Of a stretch of DNA of 64,000 nt, positions 53,603-62,484 are shown in pieces; position 1 is the first letter of the stretch, and each line of letters begins with the position of its first letter. The stretch covers positions 320,001 through 384,000 of the forward strand of contig CAVRFW010000009.1 in NCBI GenBank assembly GCA_963720565.1. The letters are read 5' to 3'. A model generated the notes under the pieces. The model was not told the origin of the DNA. It searched no databases and saw only the letters and a list, made by a program, of their open reading frames with translations. The position numbers were made by a program, and so were the translations under genes. The stretch comes from Candidatus Bathyarchaeota archaeon. Its GTDB lineage: Archaea; Thermoproteota; Bathyarchaeia; Bathyarchaeales; Bathycorpusculaceae.

Positions 53603-53806
53603 TGTTTCGAGCGCGCGGTAAAGGTAGTCTTGATGGTTTTCTCAAATTCCAAGGGTGCAATTCATACATTGTGATAATTAGTATTGGGTTCGGGTACGTT
53701 CCAAATTTGAAACGCTCGTTTCAAAGTGTTCCTCAACTGGAGGATTAACCATTACTACGCGCGCTTCAACGGTTTAATATACTCATTCAACAGGTAATTA
53801 TCTATA

Positions 53807-56359
53807 TTGATGGTAATGGGAAAGCACCAGCGGCTGCTGATTGTTTCCATTGCGTTCGTTTTGCTCCAATTTACCTGCATTTCGACAGCTTCAACTGTCA
53901 ACACAAGTTCAGTCACCGATGAATGGCCCATGTTCCGTCATGACCCAAGCCACAGTGCCTACACGACCGATGCCCGATTAGCAGATTCTATTAGGGTCTT
54001 GTGGACTTTCAAAACCTGGAAAGGAGTGATGTCTTCCCCAGCAGTGACTCATGGCTACCTCCTAGTCGGCTCCAGAGACTGGCGTGTCTACTGTCTCAAC
54101 ATCTCCAACGGAGAACAAATATGGAACTACTCTACTGGGAATGAAGTGAATTCGTCCCCAGCCATCTACGACGGCTCCGTCTACGTTGGCTCAGACGACG
54201 GCTACATTTACCGCATAGATATTCCCACAGGAACGCTTCTTTGGAAGTCCCCGGTCGGAGGGTCAGTGAAGTCTTCTCCTGCAATTGCCAGCGGTTGCGT
54301 CTACATAGGTTCCGGAGACCACGACGTGTTCTGCCTCAACACTTCAGACGGAACCACAATATGGAGATACCCAACTTCAAACCGCGTGCATTCCTCGCCT
54401 GCCATCTCAGACGGAGTAGTCTACGTTGCCACCGACGACTTTCATGTTTACGCGATTAATGCGTCCACAGGTAACGAAATGTGGCGCTCTCACACGGGAA
54501 GCGTTATCTCCTCGCCATGTGTGCACGATGGATCAGTGTTCATAGGATCAACCGACGGTTACGTTTGCGCTCTCAACGCTTCCACAGGCACTAAGATTTG
54601 GCAGTTTCAAACGGAAGGTTCAGTGTCCTCTTCTCCTGCTGCCGCTTACGGATGCGTTTACATAGGCTCTGATGACAACAACGTGTATTGCCTAAATGCC
54701 TCGGATGGCAAGAAAGTATGGATGAGTCAGACTGGATACTGGGTCCGGTCGTCCCCTGCCGTGGCGGATGCCAAAGTGTACGTGGGCTCTAAAGACTTCA
54801 GCATCTACTGTTTTGACGCTTTTACAGGAGTAAAGGACTGGAGTTATGAGGCTGGAAGCTCTGTTGATTCTTCTCCAGCAATAGCAAATGGCAGCCTTTA
54901 CGTTGGTAGCGGTGACTTTAGCGTCTACGCTTTCGCCTTGGGCGATTCTACAGCTGAATCACCGTTTTCTCAATCTGCCAACTCTTTACCGTTGGCAACG
55001 ATTGCTTTTGACGTAATTGCATTCACTGTAGCAGCTGCAACAGTTTTAGCAGTTATGCGCTACGTGCGCTCCACTAAACCAGGAAGAAGAGACGGTGAAG
55101 GTTTGAATAAATCTTGCAGAGAATCCCTATGGCTCGCGGAACACACTGACGCTCTCTTTGTTTTGGCAATTCTGGCTTTTTCATCGATATTCTTCGTTAA
55201 TCTGGGAAGTGGGCCGCTCTGGGTTGCGGACGAGCAGACATACTCTGAATGGGCATTTCACATGTTCAAGACTGGAGATTACCTGACTCCTTGGGCTTTT
55301 GGGCAACTGGAGATAGGGCTTGGCAAGCCACCGCTCTTCATGTGGTTGATGTCTCTTGCCTACCAGGTTTTCGGCGCAGACAACTTCGCTTCAAGGTTTT
55401 GGAGCCCTGTATTCGGCGCCTTGTCCCTGATTCTCGTATTCTATGTAGGCAAAAAACTCTATAATTCGTATGTCGGTTTCCTCTCGGCGGTGGTTTTGGG
55501 CACATTTGCGACCTTCTATGTGTTTGCTAGGCACGCCATGACCGATGTCACTTTCGTCTTCTTCGTTTTGGCAGGCGTCTACTTTTTGCTTCTAAGCGAA
55601 GAAACGGAGGGCTCTAGGCGGTATGTAGTTTTAAGCGGCTTGTTTTTTGGGTTGGCGTTTATGACAAAGCAGCTTCAGGCGTTATTGATTCCGCTGATCA
55701 TCATTTCCTATTTCTTTGCGACACGGAAAGGTATCAGGTTTTTCTTCTCTGGACGCTTTGCTCTTTTCTGGCGAGTTGGTCTTCTGGTTGTTTCTCCTTG
55801 GCTAATTTACATGACACTTCGTTTCGGACCGGACTTCTGGCAGTCTCATTTTCTGTTTTCAGGCGTTACCCGGACCATCAGCCCTATCGAAGGACACGTT
55901 GAAGGCTACCTTTACTATATCAGTTACTTGGTTGACTATGAAAATCTGTTCTGGGTCCTAATGTTGCCTCTTGCGGCAGGGCTCTGTGCATTCAACGCGT
56001 TTGTAAGGCGGTCGAAGGGAGACACGTTGATTCTTGCGTGGATGACAATCGTGCTTGCGGTGTTCACTTTTGCTCAGACAAAACTCTTCTGGTACATCCT
56101 GCCCGCTTTTCCAGCTTTCGCTATTGCTCTAAGCAGTTTACTATTTCAAATGGTGAAGAGAATTCCGCTTCTAATTCGTTATCTTTGTCGGAGTATAGAT
56201 CGAATAGTTGGAATGTTCAAGATTACTGCATTAATTAGAGAAAGGCTTTTGAAACTTCCAATAGTCAAGAATATCCGTTTGCGATTTTCGGGGGAATCCA
56301 AATCAGGCCAACATACAAGTCTTATTAGTGTGCTTCCTCCGACTGAGAATATGGGGTGA
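53807..56359 (+). CDS. Fusion: PQQ-like (BamB-type) beta-propeller + ArnT/PMT-like GT-C glycosyltransferase
   Basis: Signal peptide, WPMFRHD, about eight SSPA..VYVGS.D..VY.LN..G..W repeats, TM, then DE..Y, KPPL..W, SRFWS, MTD, MTK, YILP.FP. Confidence 0.88.
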   Translation: MMVMGKHQRLLIVSIAFVLLQFTCISTASTVNTSSVTDEWPMFRHDPSHSAYTTDARLADSIRVLWTFKTWKGVMSSPAVTHGYLLVGSRDWRVYCLNISNGEQIWNYSTGNEVNSSPAIYDGSVYVGSDDGYIYRIDIPTGTLLWKSPVGGSVKSSPAIASGCVYIGSGDHDVFCLNTSDGTTIWRYPTSNRVHSSPAISDGVVYVATDDFHVYAINASTGNEMWRSHTGSVISSPCVHDGSVFIGSTDGYVCALNASTGTKIWQFQTEGSVSSSPAAAYGCVYIGSDDNNVYCLNASDGKKVWMSQTGYWVRSSPAVADAKVYVGSKDFSIYCFDAFTGVKDWSYEAGSSVDSSPAIANGSLYVGSGDFSVYAFALGDSTAESPFSQSANSLPLATIAFDVIAFTVAAATVLAVMRYVRSTKPGRRDGEGLNKSCRESLWLAEHTDALFVLAILAFSSIFFVNLGSGPLWVADEQTYSEWAFHMFKTGDYLTPWAFGQLEIGLGKPPLFMWLMSLAYQVFGADNFASRFWSPVFGALSLILVFYVGKKLYNSYVGFLSAVVLGTFATFYVFARHAMTDVTFVFFVLAGVYFLLLSEETEGSRRYVVLSGLFFGLAFMTKQLQALLIPLIIISYFFATRKGIRFFFSGRFALFWRVGLLVVSPWLIYMTLRFGPDFWQSHFLFSGVTRTISPIEGHVEGYLYYISYLVDYENLFWVLMLPLAAGLCAFNAFVRRSKGDTLILAWMTIVLAVFTFAQTKLFWYILPAFPAFAIALSSLLFQMVKRIPLLIRYLCRSIDRIVGMFKITALIRERLLKLPIVKNIRLRFSGESKSGQHTSLISVLPPTENMG

Positions 56360-56368
56360 GGTGAGCAG

Positions 56369-57436
56369 ATGTCAGACCAGAAGAGCGAAGGCGTCCTTAT
56401 TCCTATCGATCTCATCCGCGCCGTAGCTATGGTCATGGTAATACTGCTCCACGCAGCAGGCGAGCCGCACGTGGTCATTGACATTATGGCACCAGAAGAG
56501 ATGACGCGATGGTGGGTCTCGAACTTCTACGAGTCCTTGGCTTCACCCTGCATAGCGCTGTTTGTGATGTTGGCTGGCGTTTTGCTGCTTCGACCCAGCA
56601 GACTCGATGAACCGCTCGGAGTTTTTTTCAAGAAACGGTGGCAGCGAATAGGTTTGCCCTGTATTTTTTGGGGTATAATCTATTTTGCTTGGCGCTTCTT
56701 AGTCAATGGGGAAGCAGTTACTGCGGGTTCTATCCTGCAAGGTATCTTGGGGGGACCTTACGTGCATTTCTGGTTTGTTTATCTTTTAACTGGGCTATTC
56801 CTGGTCACGCCTGTTTTGCGAGTGTTTGTGGCGCATTCTAACTGGAAAACTTTGAAGTATTTGATGCTGCTTTGGCTTGTGGGTACAATAATCACGTATA
56901 TTCTTACTTTGTTTGAGCCATTAGTTTTGAATGCTAATGTTTTCTTTCTCACGGGGTGGTTAGGTTACTTCGTCATGGGAACGGGTTTGTTGAGGGTGAG
57001 GCTGCGTCGGTTGGTTCTGTGTATTATGTTGGTCTTGGGTTATTTGTGGACGATTCTCGGCACTTACCTTTTGGTTGGCACTATGGGTGAACGTTTTTCC
57101 CGTTATTTCTACGATTCTTTCAGTTTCAACGTGATAATCGTGTCTGTCGCGTTGTTTCTGCTCCTATCGTCTTTGTCGTCCCAGAACGTCAAGAATCGTT
57201 TTCCCCGCGGCAACCGCTTGATATGTCTGATTAGCCAGAACACTCTGCCGATATACTTGCTTCACATGTTGGTGTTGGAGACGTTGCACAATGGGTACTT
57301 GGGATTCAAGGTAAGCATCACAACTATGAACCCACTGCTTGAAATCCCTTTAGTCACAGTAATCACGCTATTCATATGCTTAGGGCTGATCATCCCGCTG
57401 AAGAAGATACCTTACCTGGACAGAATCATCGGTTGA
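56369..57436 (+). CDS. Acyltransferase-3 family (WecH/YiaH-like) O-acyltransferase
   Basis: DLIRAVA..VILLH, LFVMLAG, KKR..RI, HFWFVY, IYLLH. Confidence 0.9.
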   Translation: MSDQKSEGVLIPIDLIRAVAMVMVILLHAAGEPHVVIDIMAPEEMTRWWVSNFYESLASPCIALFVMLAGVLLLRPSRLDEPLGVFFKKRWQRIGLPCIFWGIIYFAWRFLVNGEAVTAGSILQGILGGPYVHFWFVYLLTGLFLVTPVLRVFVAHSNWKTLKYLMLLWLVGTIITYILTLFEPLVLNANVFFLTGWLGYFVMGTGLLRVRLRRLVLCIMLVLGYLWTILGTYLLVGTMGERFSRYFYDSFSFNVIIVSVALFLLLSSLSSQNVKNRFPRGNRLICLISQNTLPIYLLHMLVLETLHNGYLGFKVSITTMNPLLEIPLVTVITLFICLGLIIPLKKIPYLDRIIG

Positions 57437-57589
57437 AGGCGTCGCTCTTGATCTTTCCATAATAGGTAGACTTTTGTCTGCGCGCGCGCGACTAAAATCA
57501 AAACGAACTCCTTGATAGAGAAAATCCGGCCAACCAAAGCCGTATGACAAAAGCAGTTCAATGATTCTCAGGAATGATGTTTTTCTGTT

Positions 57590-57605
57590 GTCAACGATTG
57601 TTGAC
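57590..57605. promoter_or_regulatory. Palindrome GTCAAC-N4-GTTGAC upstream of the HTH gene
   Basis: Perfect dyad; GTCAA-N6-TTGAC geometry shared with 60384-60399. Confidence 0.5.
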
Positions 57606-57667
57606 CTATTGGTCAAGGTTGATAGAATTATATCGAGCTACCTACCCTATTTATTGTGTGAATTGGT

Positions 57668-58117
57668 ATGAGTTCGGACGAAATGTTCGAAGCAGTCTCT
57701 CATCCACTCAGAATCGATATTGTGCAGAGGTTAGCAGAGAAGCCTTTAGGTTTTGCTGATCTCAAAAGAGAACTGAAGATTAGCAGTAGCGGCTTGCTGG
57801 ATTTCCATTTGAAGAAGCTGGACGAGTTAATAACCATAAACAAGGAAGGGCGATACTCCCTAACTGAAAAAGGGTTTGCGGCATTAACAACTATCGAGGG
57901 TGCAGCTGGATACTACAGGTTGCGTTCAGCCCAAAAGAGATCCTTCTTCCTTGGTTTAGCTGTTGTTGTACTGGTTAACATTGGTACGCTTTGGGTTGTG
58001 TTTGAGACTGAAAACTACGTGTTGTGGTACGCGGTGGTGTTGCCCATTACGTTGGCTTGGATTGTATTCTACAGTTACTGGACTCTTGTCAAAAGAAGAA
58101 TACGTCTCAAAACATAG
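57668..58117 (+). CDS. ArsR-like winged-helix regulator with two C-terminal TM helices
   Basis: FEAVSHPLRIDI..L..SSGLLDFHLKKL..YSLTEKG. Confidence 0.85.
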   Translation: MSSDEMFEAVSHPLRIDIVQRLAEKPLGFADLKRELKISSSGLLDFHLKKLDELITINKEGRYSLTEKGFAALTTIEGAAGYYRLRSAQKRSFFLGLAVVVLVNIGTLWVVFETENYVLWYAVVLPITLAWIVFYSYWTLVKRRIRLKT

Positions 58118-58137
58118 CCGAAAGAAGGGAAAAAATA

Positions 58138-58329
58138 ATGAGGGAAGTTAAGAAGTGCCCAAAGTGCAATGGAGAAGTCGTTCAAGGTGAGTTTCTGAAA
58201 AACCTTCCGAAAGTTGTTGTTTTTCCAAAAGAGGGTAGACGGAGCTTTGATAGGGTCATTCCGACCTACTGCAAAACGTGTGGATTCTTAGAAATCTACA
58301 AGGAATTGAAGGAAGAGATTGAAATTTAA
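58138..58329 (+). CDS. Small Zn-ribbon protein
   Basis: KCPKCNGE..G..YCKTCGFLEIY; ATG 58138. Confidence 0.75.
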   Translation: MREVKKCPKCNGEVVQGEFLKNLPKVVVFPKEGRRSFDRVIPTYCKTCGFLEIYKELKEEIEI

Positions 58330-58426
58330 TGCACAAAAGGTACCCACCGTCAGAAGCAGCACTAAATTCTTATCCCCAAACCCAAACCCGTCAAAACTTA
58401 AATGCTCACCACAACGATAAACAGCA

Positions 58427-59389
58427 ATGGAAGCCCCACAGATGGAATTCGCAATAGAAACCAGCAGCTTAACCAAGAAATACGGTTCACTCGCCGCAGT
58501 GAACAAACTCAACCTGAAAGTTACACGAGGGTCAATCCATGGTTTTCTAGGTCCTAACGGCGCGGGGAAAACCACCACCATAAAAATCTTAGTGGGCTTG
58601 CTCAAACCGGACGAAGGCGCTGTGTCCGTTCTCGGGAAGGAAGTCCACGGAGACCAAGCAGACACGCGGCTAAGCATTGGGTACATGCCTGAACTGCCCA
58701 AGTTTCCGAAGCATTTGAAGGGTGCTGAACTCTTGGACATTTATGGTCGAATGTACGGCATGACTGAGCAGCAACGCACGGAGCAGATACCCAAGTTGAT
58801 CGAGACGGTGGGACTTAAGGGCAGAGAGAATGACCTAATCGGCAAGTACAGCAAAGGCATGCAGCAACGCATCGGAATAGCGCAGGCGTTGCTGAACAAC
58901 CCTGAACTCGTCATTTTGGACGAACCGAGCCTCGGCTTGGACCCTATGGGCATGGTGGAAGTCCGCGAACTCGTGAAAACAATCTCCAAAGAGGGTATGA
59001 CAGTTTTCGTTTCTTCACACTTGCTGTATGAGGTGGAACAAATCTGCACCCATGTAACCATAATTGACCGTGGCACAATGCTTGTCTCCGATACGCTTCA
59101 GAACGTCTCAGGCATGCTTACGGGACCAGCGTTGATTCACGCCGAAGTCGCTAGGATGTCAGACGCGGTTTTCCAAGCGTTGAAGAACTTGCCTTTCGTG
59201 ACAAACGTGTGGCAAACGGGCAACGCATTGAGCATCCAGGTGGCAACTCATGAGGACGTGCGGATTCAAGTGTCTGAGACGATAACGAAGACTGGAGGAG
59301 TCATCGTGGGAATGAGCGTGAAAGGGTCAAACCTTGAAGACGTGTTCATGCAATTAGTCAGCAAGGACCAAGGAGGCAAAGCACAGTGA
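58427..59389 (+). CDS. ABC-2 type transporter ATP-binding protein
   Basis: GPNGAGKTT, YSKGMQQR, ILDEP, SSH. Confidence 0.95.
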   Translation: MEAPQMEFAIETSSLTKKYGSLAAVNKLNLKVTRGSIHGFLGPNGAGKTTTIKILVGLLKPDEGAVSVLGKEVHGDQADTRLSIGYMPELPKFPKHLKGAELLDIYGRMYGMTEQQRTEQIPKLIETVGLKGRENDLIGKYSKGMQQRIGIAQALLNNPELVILDEPSLGLDPMGMVEVRELVKTISKEGMTVFVSSHLLYEVEQICTHVTIIDRGTMLVSDTLQNVSGMLTGPALIHAEVARMSDAVFQALKNLPFVTNVWQTGNALSIQVATHEDVRIQVSETITKTGGVIVGMSVKGSNLEDVFMQLVSKDQGGKAQ

Positions 59390-60345
59390 CCTCAGATACG
59401 CAGAATATTCCAAAGGTGCGTCCCAGCTGGTTCAGCCGTTTCTGGGCAGTTGTAAGATACGAAATGCTCTGGAACATTCGAAAGAAGAAGTTCATAGGCA
59501 TCGTTATCCTCGGATTCGTGCTCGCCTCCCTATCCTTGTTCTTGCCGCCAATCCTCAGCAGCGTGACCGGGCAAGCGTTAACCTCAAACCCTGACTATGT
59601 GATCACATACAGCATTCCTGCTTTCAGCCTCTTTCTTTTCGCCCTTGCAACAGCCATGAACAGCATATCAAGCGAGTTTGAAAGCGGTACAATAGTGCCT
59701 TTGCTGACGAAGCCAATTTCGAGAACCATGGTTTTCCTGGGCAAACTATTTGCAGCCTTCATCATAATTCTGATAACCTACACGGTGTTTTTTGTGTACG
59801 TTGTCATCGGAGGCACTGTTGTCTACGGCACTCAGAACAGTCTTCAACTGGTACCGCTTGGACTACTGGGAAACATCATAACAACTTTCATCTGGATAGC
59901 AATAATCCTGTCTGTGGGATCACTGTCGAAGAACACGCTAATCTCTGCCCTCGCAGCCTTCGGCTTGTTCTTGGCTTTACTCATAGCCGTACCCATTGTT
60001 TCAACTTTTGCCGGTCCTTCAGTTGCCCTGAACTGTGTTCCTGGAAACGGCGCAAGCGGAGCATTTAGCACCCCACAGGGGACGGTAACAATTGGCGGTG
60101 GACCGGACAACCTCGGCGCGAACCTGATCAACTACGTTCTTTATCCTTCAGCGAACGTGAATTTCACCAAGACAAACATAGAACTGCGAGGTGCGGGGCA
60201 GCAGCCTGTGATAACCCAGATTCTGGCTTACAGGGAACCCATTTCAGTGGTGGCTTTGAGAAGTCTTGGCGTTGCGTTGACGTACATTTTCGTGTTCCTG
60301 TTCATCGGGTGGTATGCCCTCAAACGAGCACAAATACTGGAGTAG
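59386..60345 (+). CDS. ABC-2 type transporter permease
   Basis: ISSEFESGT..LLTKPISR..GK, multiple TM helices. Confidence 0.92.
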   Translation: MTSDTQNIPKVRPSWFSRFWAVVRYEMLWNIRKKKFIGIVILGFVLASLSLFLPPILSSVTGQALTSNPDYVITYSIPAFSLFLFALATAMNSISSEFESGTIVPLLTKPISRTMVFLGKLFAAFIIILITYTVFFVYVVIGGTVVYGTQNSLQLVPLGLLGNIITTFIWIAIILSVGSLSKNTLISALAAFGLFLALLIAVPIVSTFAGPSVALNCVPGNGASGAFSTPQGTVTIGGGPDNLGANLINYVLYPSANVNFTKTNIELRGAGQQPVITQILAYREPISVVALRSLGVALTYIFVFLFIGWYALKRAQILE

Positions 60346-60382
60346 ACTTGGCGAAAAAAGCTAGATTTTGGCAGATTTGCTT

Positions 60383-60435
60383 AGTCAAGGAATCTTGACT
60401 GGATAAGGGGCGTGTTTAGTCAAGAAACCTTTACA
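60383..60435. promoter_or_regulatory. Tandem dyads AGTCAAG-N4-CTTGACT (60383-60400) and AGTCAAG-N4-CTTTACA (60418-60435)
   Basis: Seen directly, intergenic between the permease and the surface protein gene. Confidence 0.5.
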
Positions 60436-60546
60436 AAAACCCCTTTATCACGCATTACAATCTGATATTATCGCGAAAAGGCATGAACAAAACTGCAGTA
60501 ATTCTGTGCGCAGACTTACCCTTAACAGCAGTTCTTCCGTCTTTGA

Positions 60547-62388
60547 GTGATCCTCAATCCACTAAAGGAGAGCTTTAGAGTGAGTGAAAAAATGAGCAGG
60601 AGAAGAAGCGGATTACTATTGGCGTTTGCGTTGTGTGTCAGCTTTCTAGGCGCACTATCGCTTCAAGCTGCAGCTCAAACACCAGTTTACTCTGAGACTA
60701 GAATAACAAGCATCGCAATACCCTGGTATCCCGCTATTAGTGGCAACATCATAGTATGGGAAGACTACAGGAACGGCAATGGGGACATCTACGCATACGA
60801 CTTGTCAAACAAAACCGAGACTCGAATAACAACAGATATCCATGACCAGCTTCGTCCAGTAGTTAGTGGCAACAACTTAGTATGGCACGATAATAGGAAT
60901 GGCAACTGGGACATTTACGCTTACGATTTGTCCACTGGAACAGAAACACAGATAACAACAGATACCTGGGACCAGTTTTATTGTGCTGTTAGTGGCAGCA
61001 TCATAGTATGGGAAGACAATAGGAATGGCAATTGGGAAATCTACGCATATGACTTATCCACTAAGACGGAGACTCGAATAACAACAAACCCCGATAGCCA
61101 GTTCATTGCTGATGTCAGTGGCAACGTCATAGTGTGGTACGACTATAGAACTGGGGATGGCAATAATGCTGACATCTACGCTTATGACTTATCCACTAAA
61201 ACTGAAATCGAGGTGAGCACAAACCCTGCACAACAGTGGCATCCTGCCGTTAGCGGCAACGTCATATTATGGGAAGACTATAGGAATGGCAATGCTGACA
61301 TCTACGCCTATGACTTGTCTACTAAAACTGAAAGGCAAATAACAACAAACGCAATGGACCAGTTGTACCCTGAGATCAGCGGCAACACCATAGTATGGGA
61401 AGACCACAGGAACGGCAATGAGGACGTTTACGCGTATGACTTGGCAACCAGAACGGAATTTCCAATAACAACAAACACCGCAGATCAAGAAGTCCCACGT
61501 GTTAGCGGGGACATCATAGTATGGCAAGACTGGAGAAATGGCGGTCTGGATATTTACGTGCGCTCGTCAGCTCCAACTCCCGATCCAACTCCAACTCCCA
61601 CTCTCAGTCCAACCCCTGTGCCGACCCCCACACCGACTTCCAACGCTAGCTTGCCAACACCTGAACTAACAGTCACCTGCAAGAGCGCGACCTCATATTC
61701 TGCATTCAAAGTCGACATAGACGGAAAGTTAACTCATAATGGAAACGGAATCAGTGGAGCAGGCATAGTCCTATCCTACAGCATCACTGGCGGGGCCTCG
61801 TGGAACGAACTATCCTACGCGAACACAGCATCGGATGGGAGTTTCTCGGTCACGTGGATGCCTTCAGCCACTGGAAACTACTTGGTTAAGGCAACCTATG
61901 GAGGAACCGATGTTTATTCTTGGACAAGCGTTATCGTAAACCTGGCAGTGACTCAACAATATGCCCACGAAGACGTTTTTTCAGTCACGTCAAACTCGAC
62001 GGTTTCAAGTTTGGCTTTTAATTCGGAAGATAGGGAACTGAGTTTCATCGTTACTGGGCTTTCAGGCACATCAGGGTTCGCGGACGTTTGCATCGCCAAG
62101 ACTCTGGTTCAGGATCCCTCAGAAATCAGGGTTCAAATAGACGGAGCTTCCTTAGACTGTACCACAATCTCCGGGGAGGACGCCTGGCTGCTGCATCTCA
62201 CTTATGCTCATAGTACCCACAGTGTTATTGTCAGTCTGGGCGCTACTGATGCTGGCAGGAATCTTTTCGGAGACTGGGTAATTTATTTGGTAGTTGCTGT
62301 CATCGTTTCTGTAGTGGTTGCTGCAATGATTGTGGAGCATGCGCGAAGAGGAGACCGCGGGGGAGAACTAATGAATTTTTCTTCCTAG
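60547..62388 (+). CDS. Cell-surface protein with TolB-like beta-propeller repeats, PT linker, Ig-like domains and C-terminal TM anchor (start possibly 60592)
   Basis: Seven repeats of P.ISGN.IVWED.RNGN.DIYAYDL..ET.IT; signal peptide; PTPTP linker. Confidence 0.88.
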   Translation: MILNPLKESFRVSEKMSRRRSGLLLAFALCVSFLGALSLQAAAQTPVYSETRITSIAIPWYPAISGNIIVWEDYRNGNGDIYAYDLSNKTETRITTDIHDQLRPVVSGNNLVWHDNRNGNWDIYAYDLSTGTETQITTDTWDQFYCAVSGSIIVWEDNRNGNWEIYAYDLSTKTETRITTNPDSQFIADVSGNVIVWYDYRTGDGNNADIYAYDLSTKTEIEVSTNPAQQWHPAVSGNVILWEDYRNGNADIYAYDLSTKTERQITTNAMDQLYPEISGNTIVWEDHRNGNEDVYAYDLATRTEFPITTNTADQEVPRVSGDIIVWQDWRNGGLDIYVRSSAPTPDPTPTPTLSPTPVPTPTPTSNASLPTPELTVTCKSATSYSAFKVDIDGKLTHNGNGISGAGIVLSYSITGGASWNELSYANTASDGSFSVTWMPSATGNYLVKATYGGTDVYSWTSVIVNLAVTQQYAHEDVFSVTSNSTVSSLAFNSEDRELSFIVTGLSGTSGFADVCIAKTLVQDPSEIRVQIDGASLDCTTISGEDAWLLHLTYAHSTHSVIVSLGATDAGRNLFGDWVIYLVVAVIVSVVVAAMIVEHARRGDRGGELMNFSS

Positions 62389-62484
62389 CAGAGTTGTTCT
62401 AGGAGTGTCTGCTGGTCAAAAAGAGAGGACTCTTCAATCTCAGATTCTGGAAAAGAATATTAGCCCACGGGTCGGGAAGTTATT

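Noticed and set aside
53990..54930. Approximately 120-bp periodic similarity
   Set aside because: Coding repeats of PQQ-like propeller blades.
60720..61560. Approximately 126-bp DNA repeats
   Set aside because: They are the coding repeats of the beta-propeller blades, not an independent element or a DGR template/variable pair; no reverse transcriptase is present.
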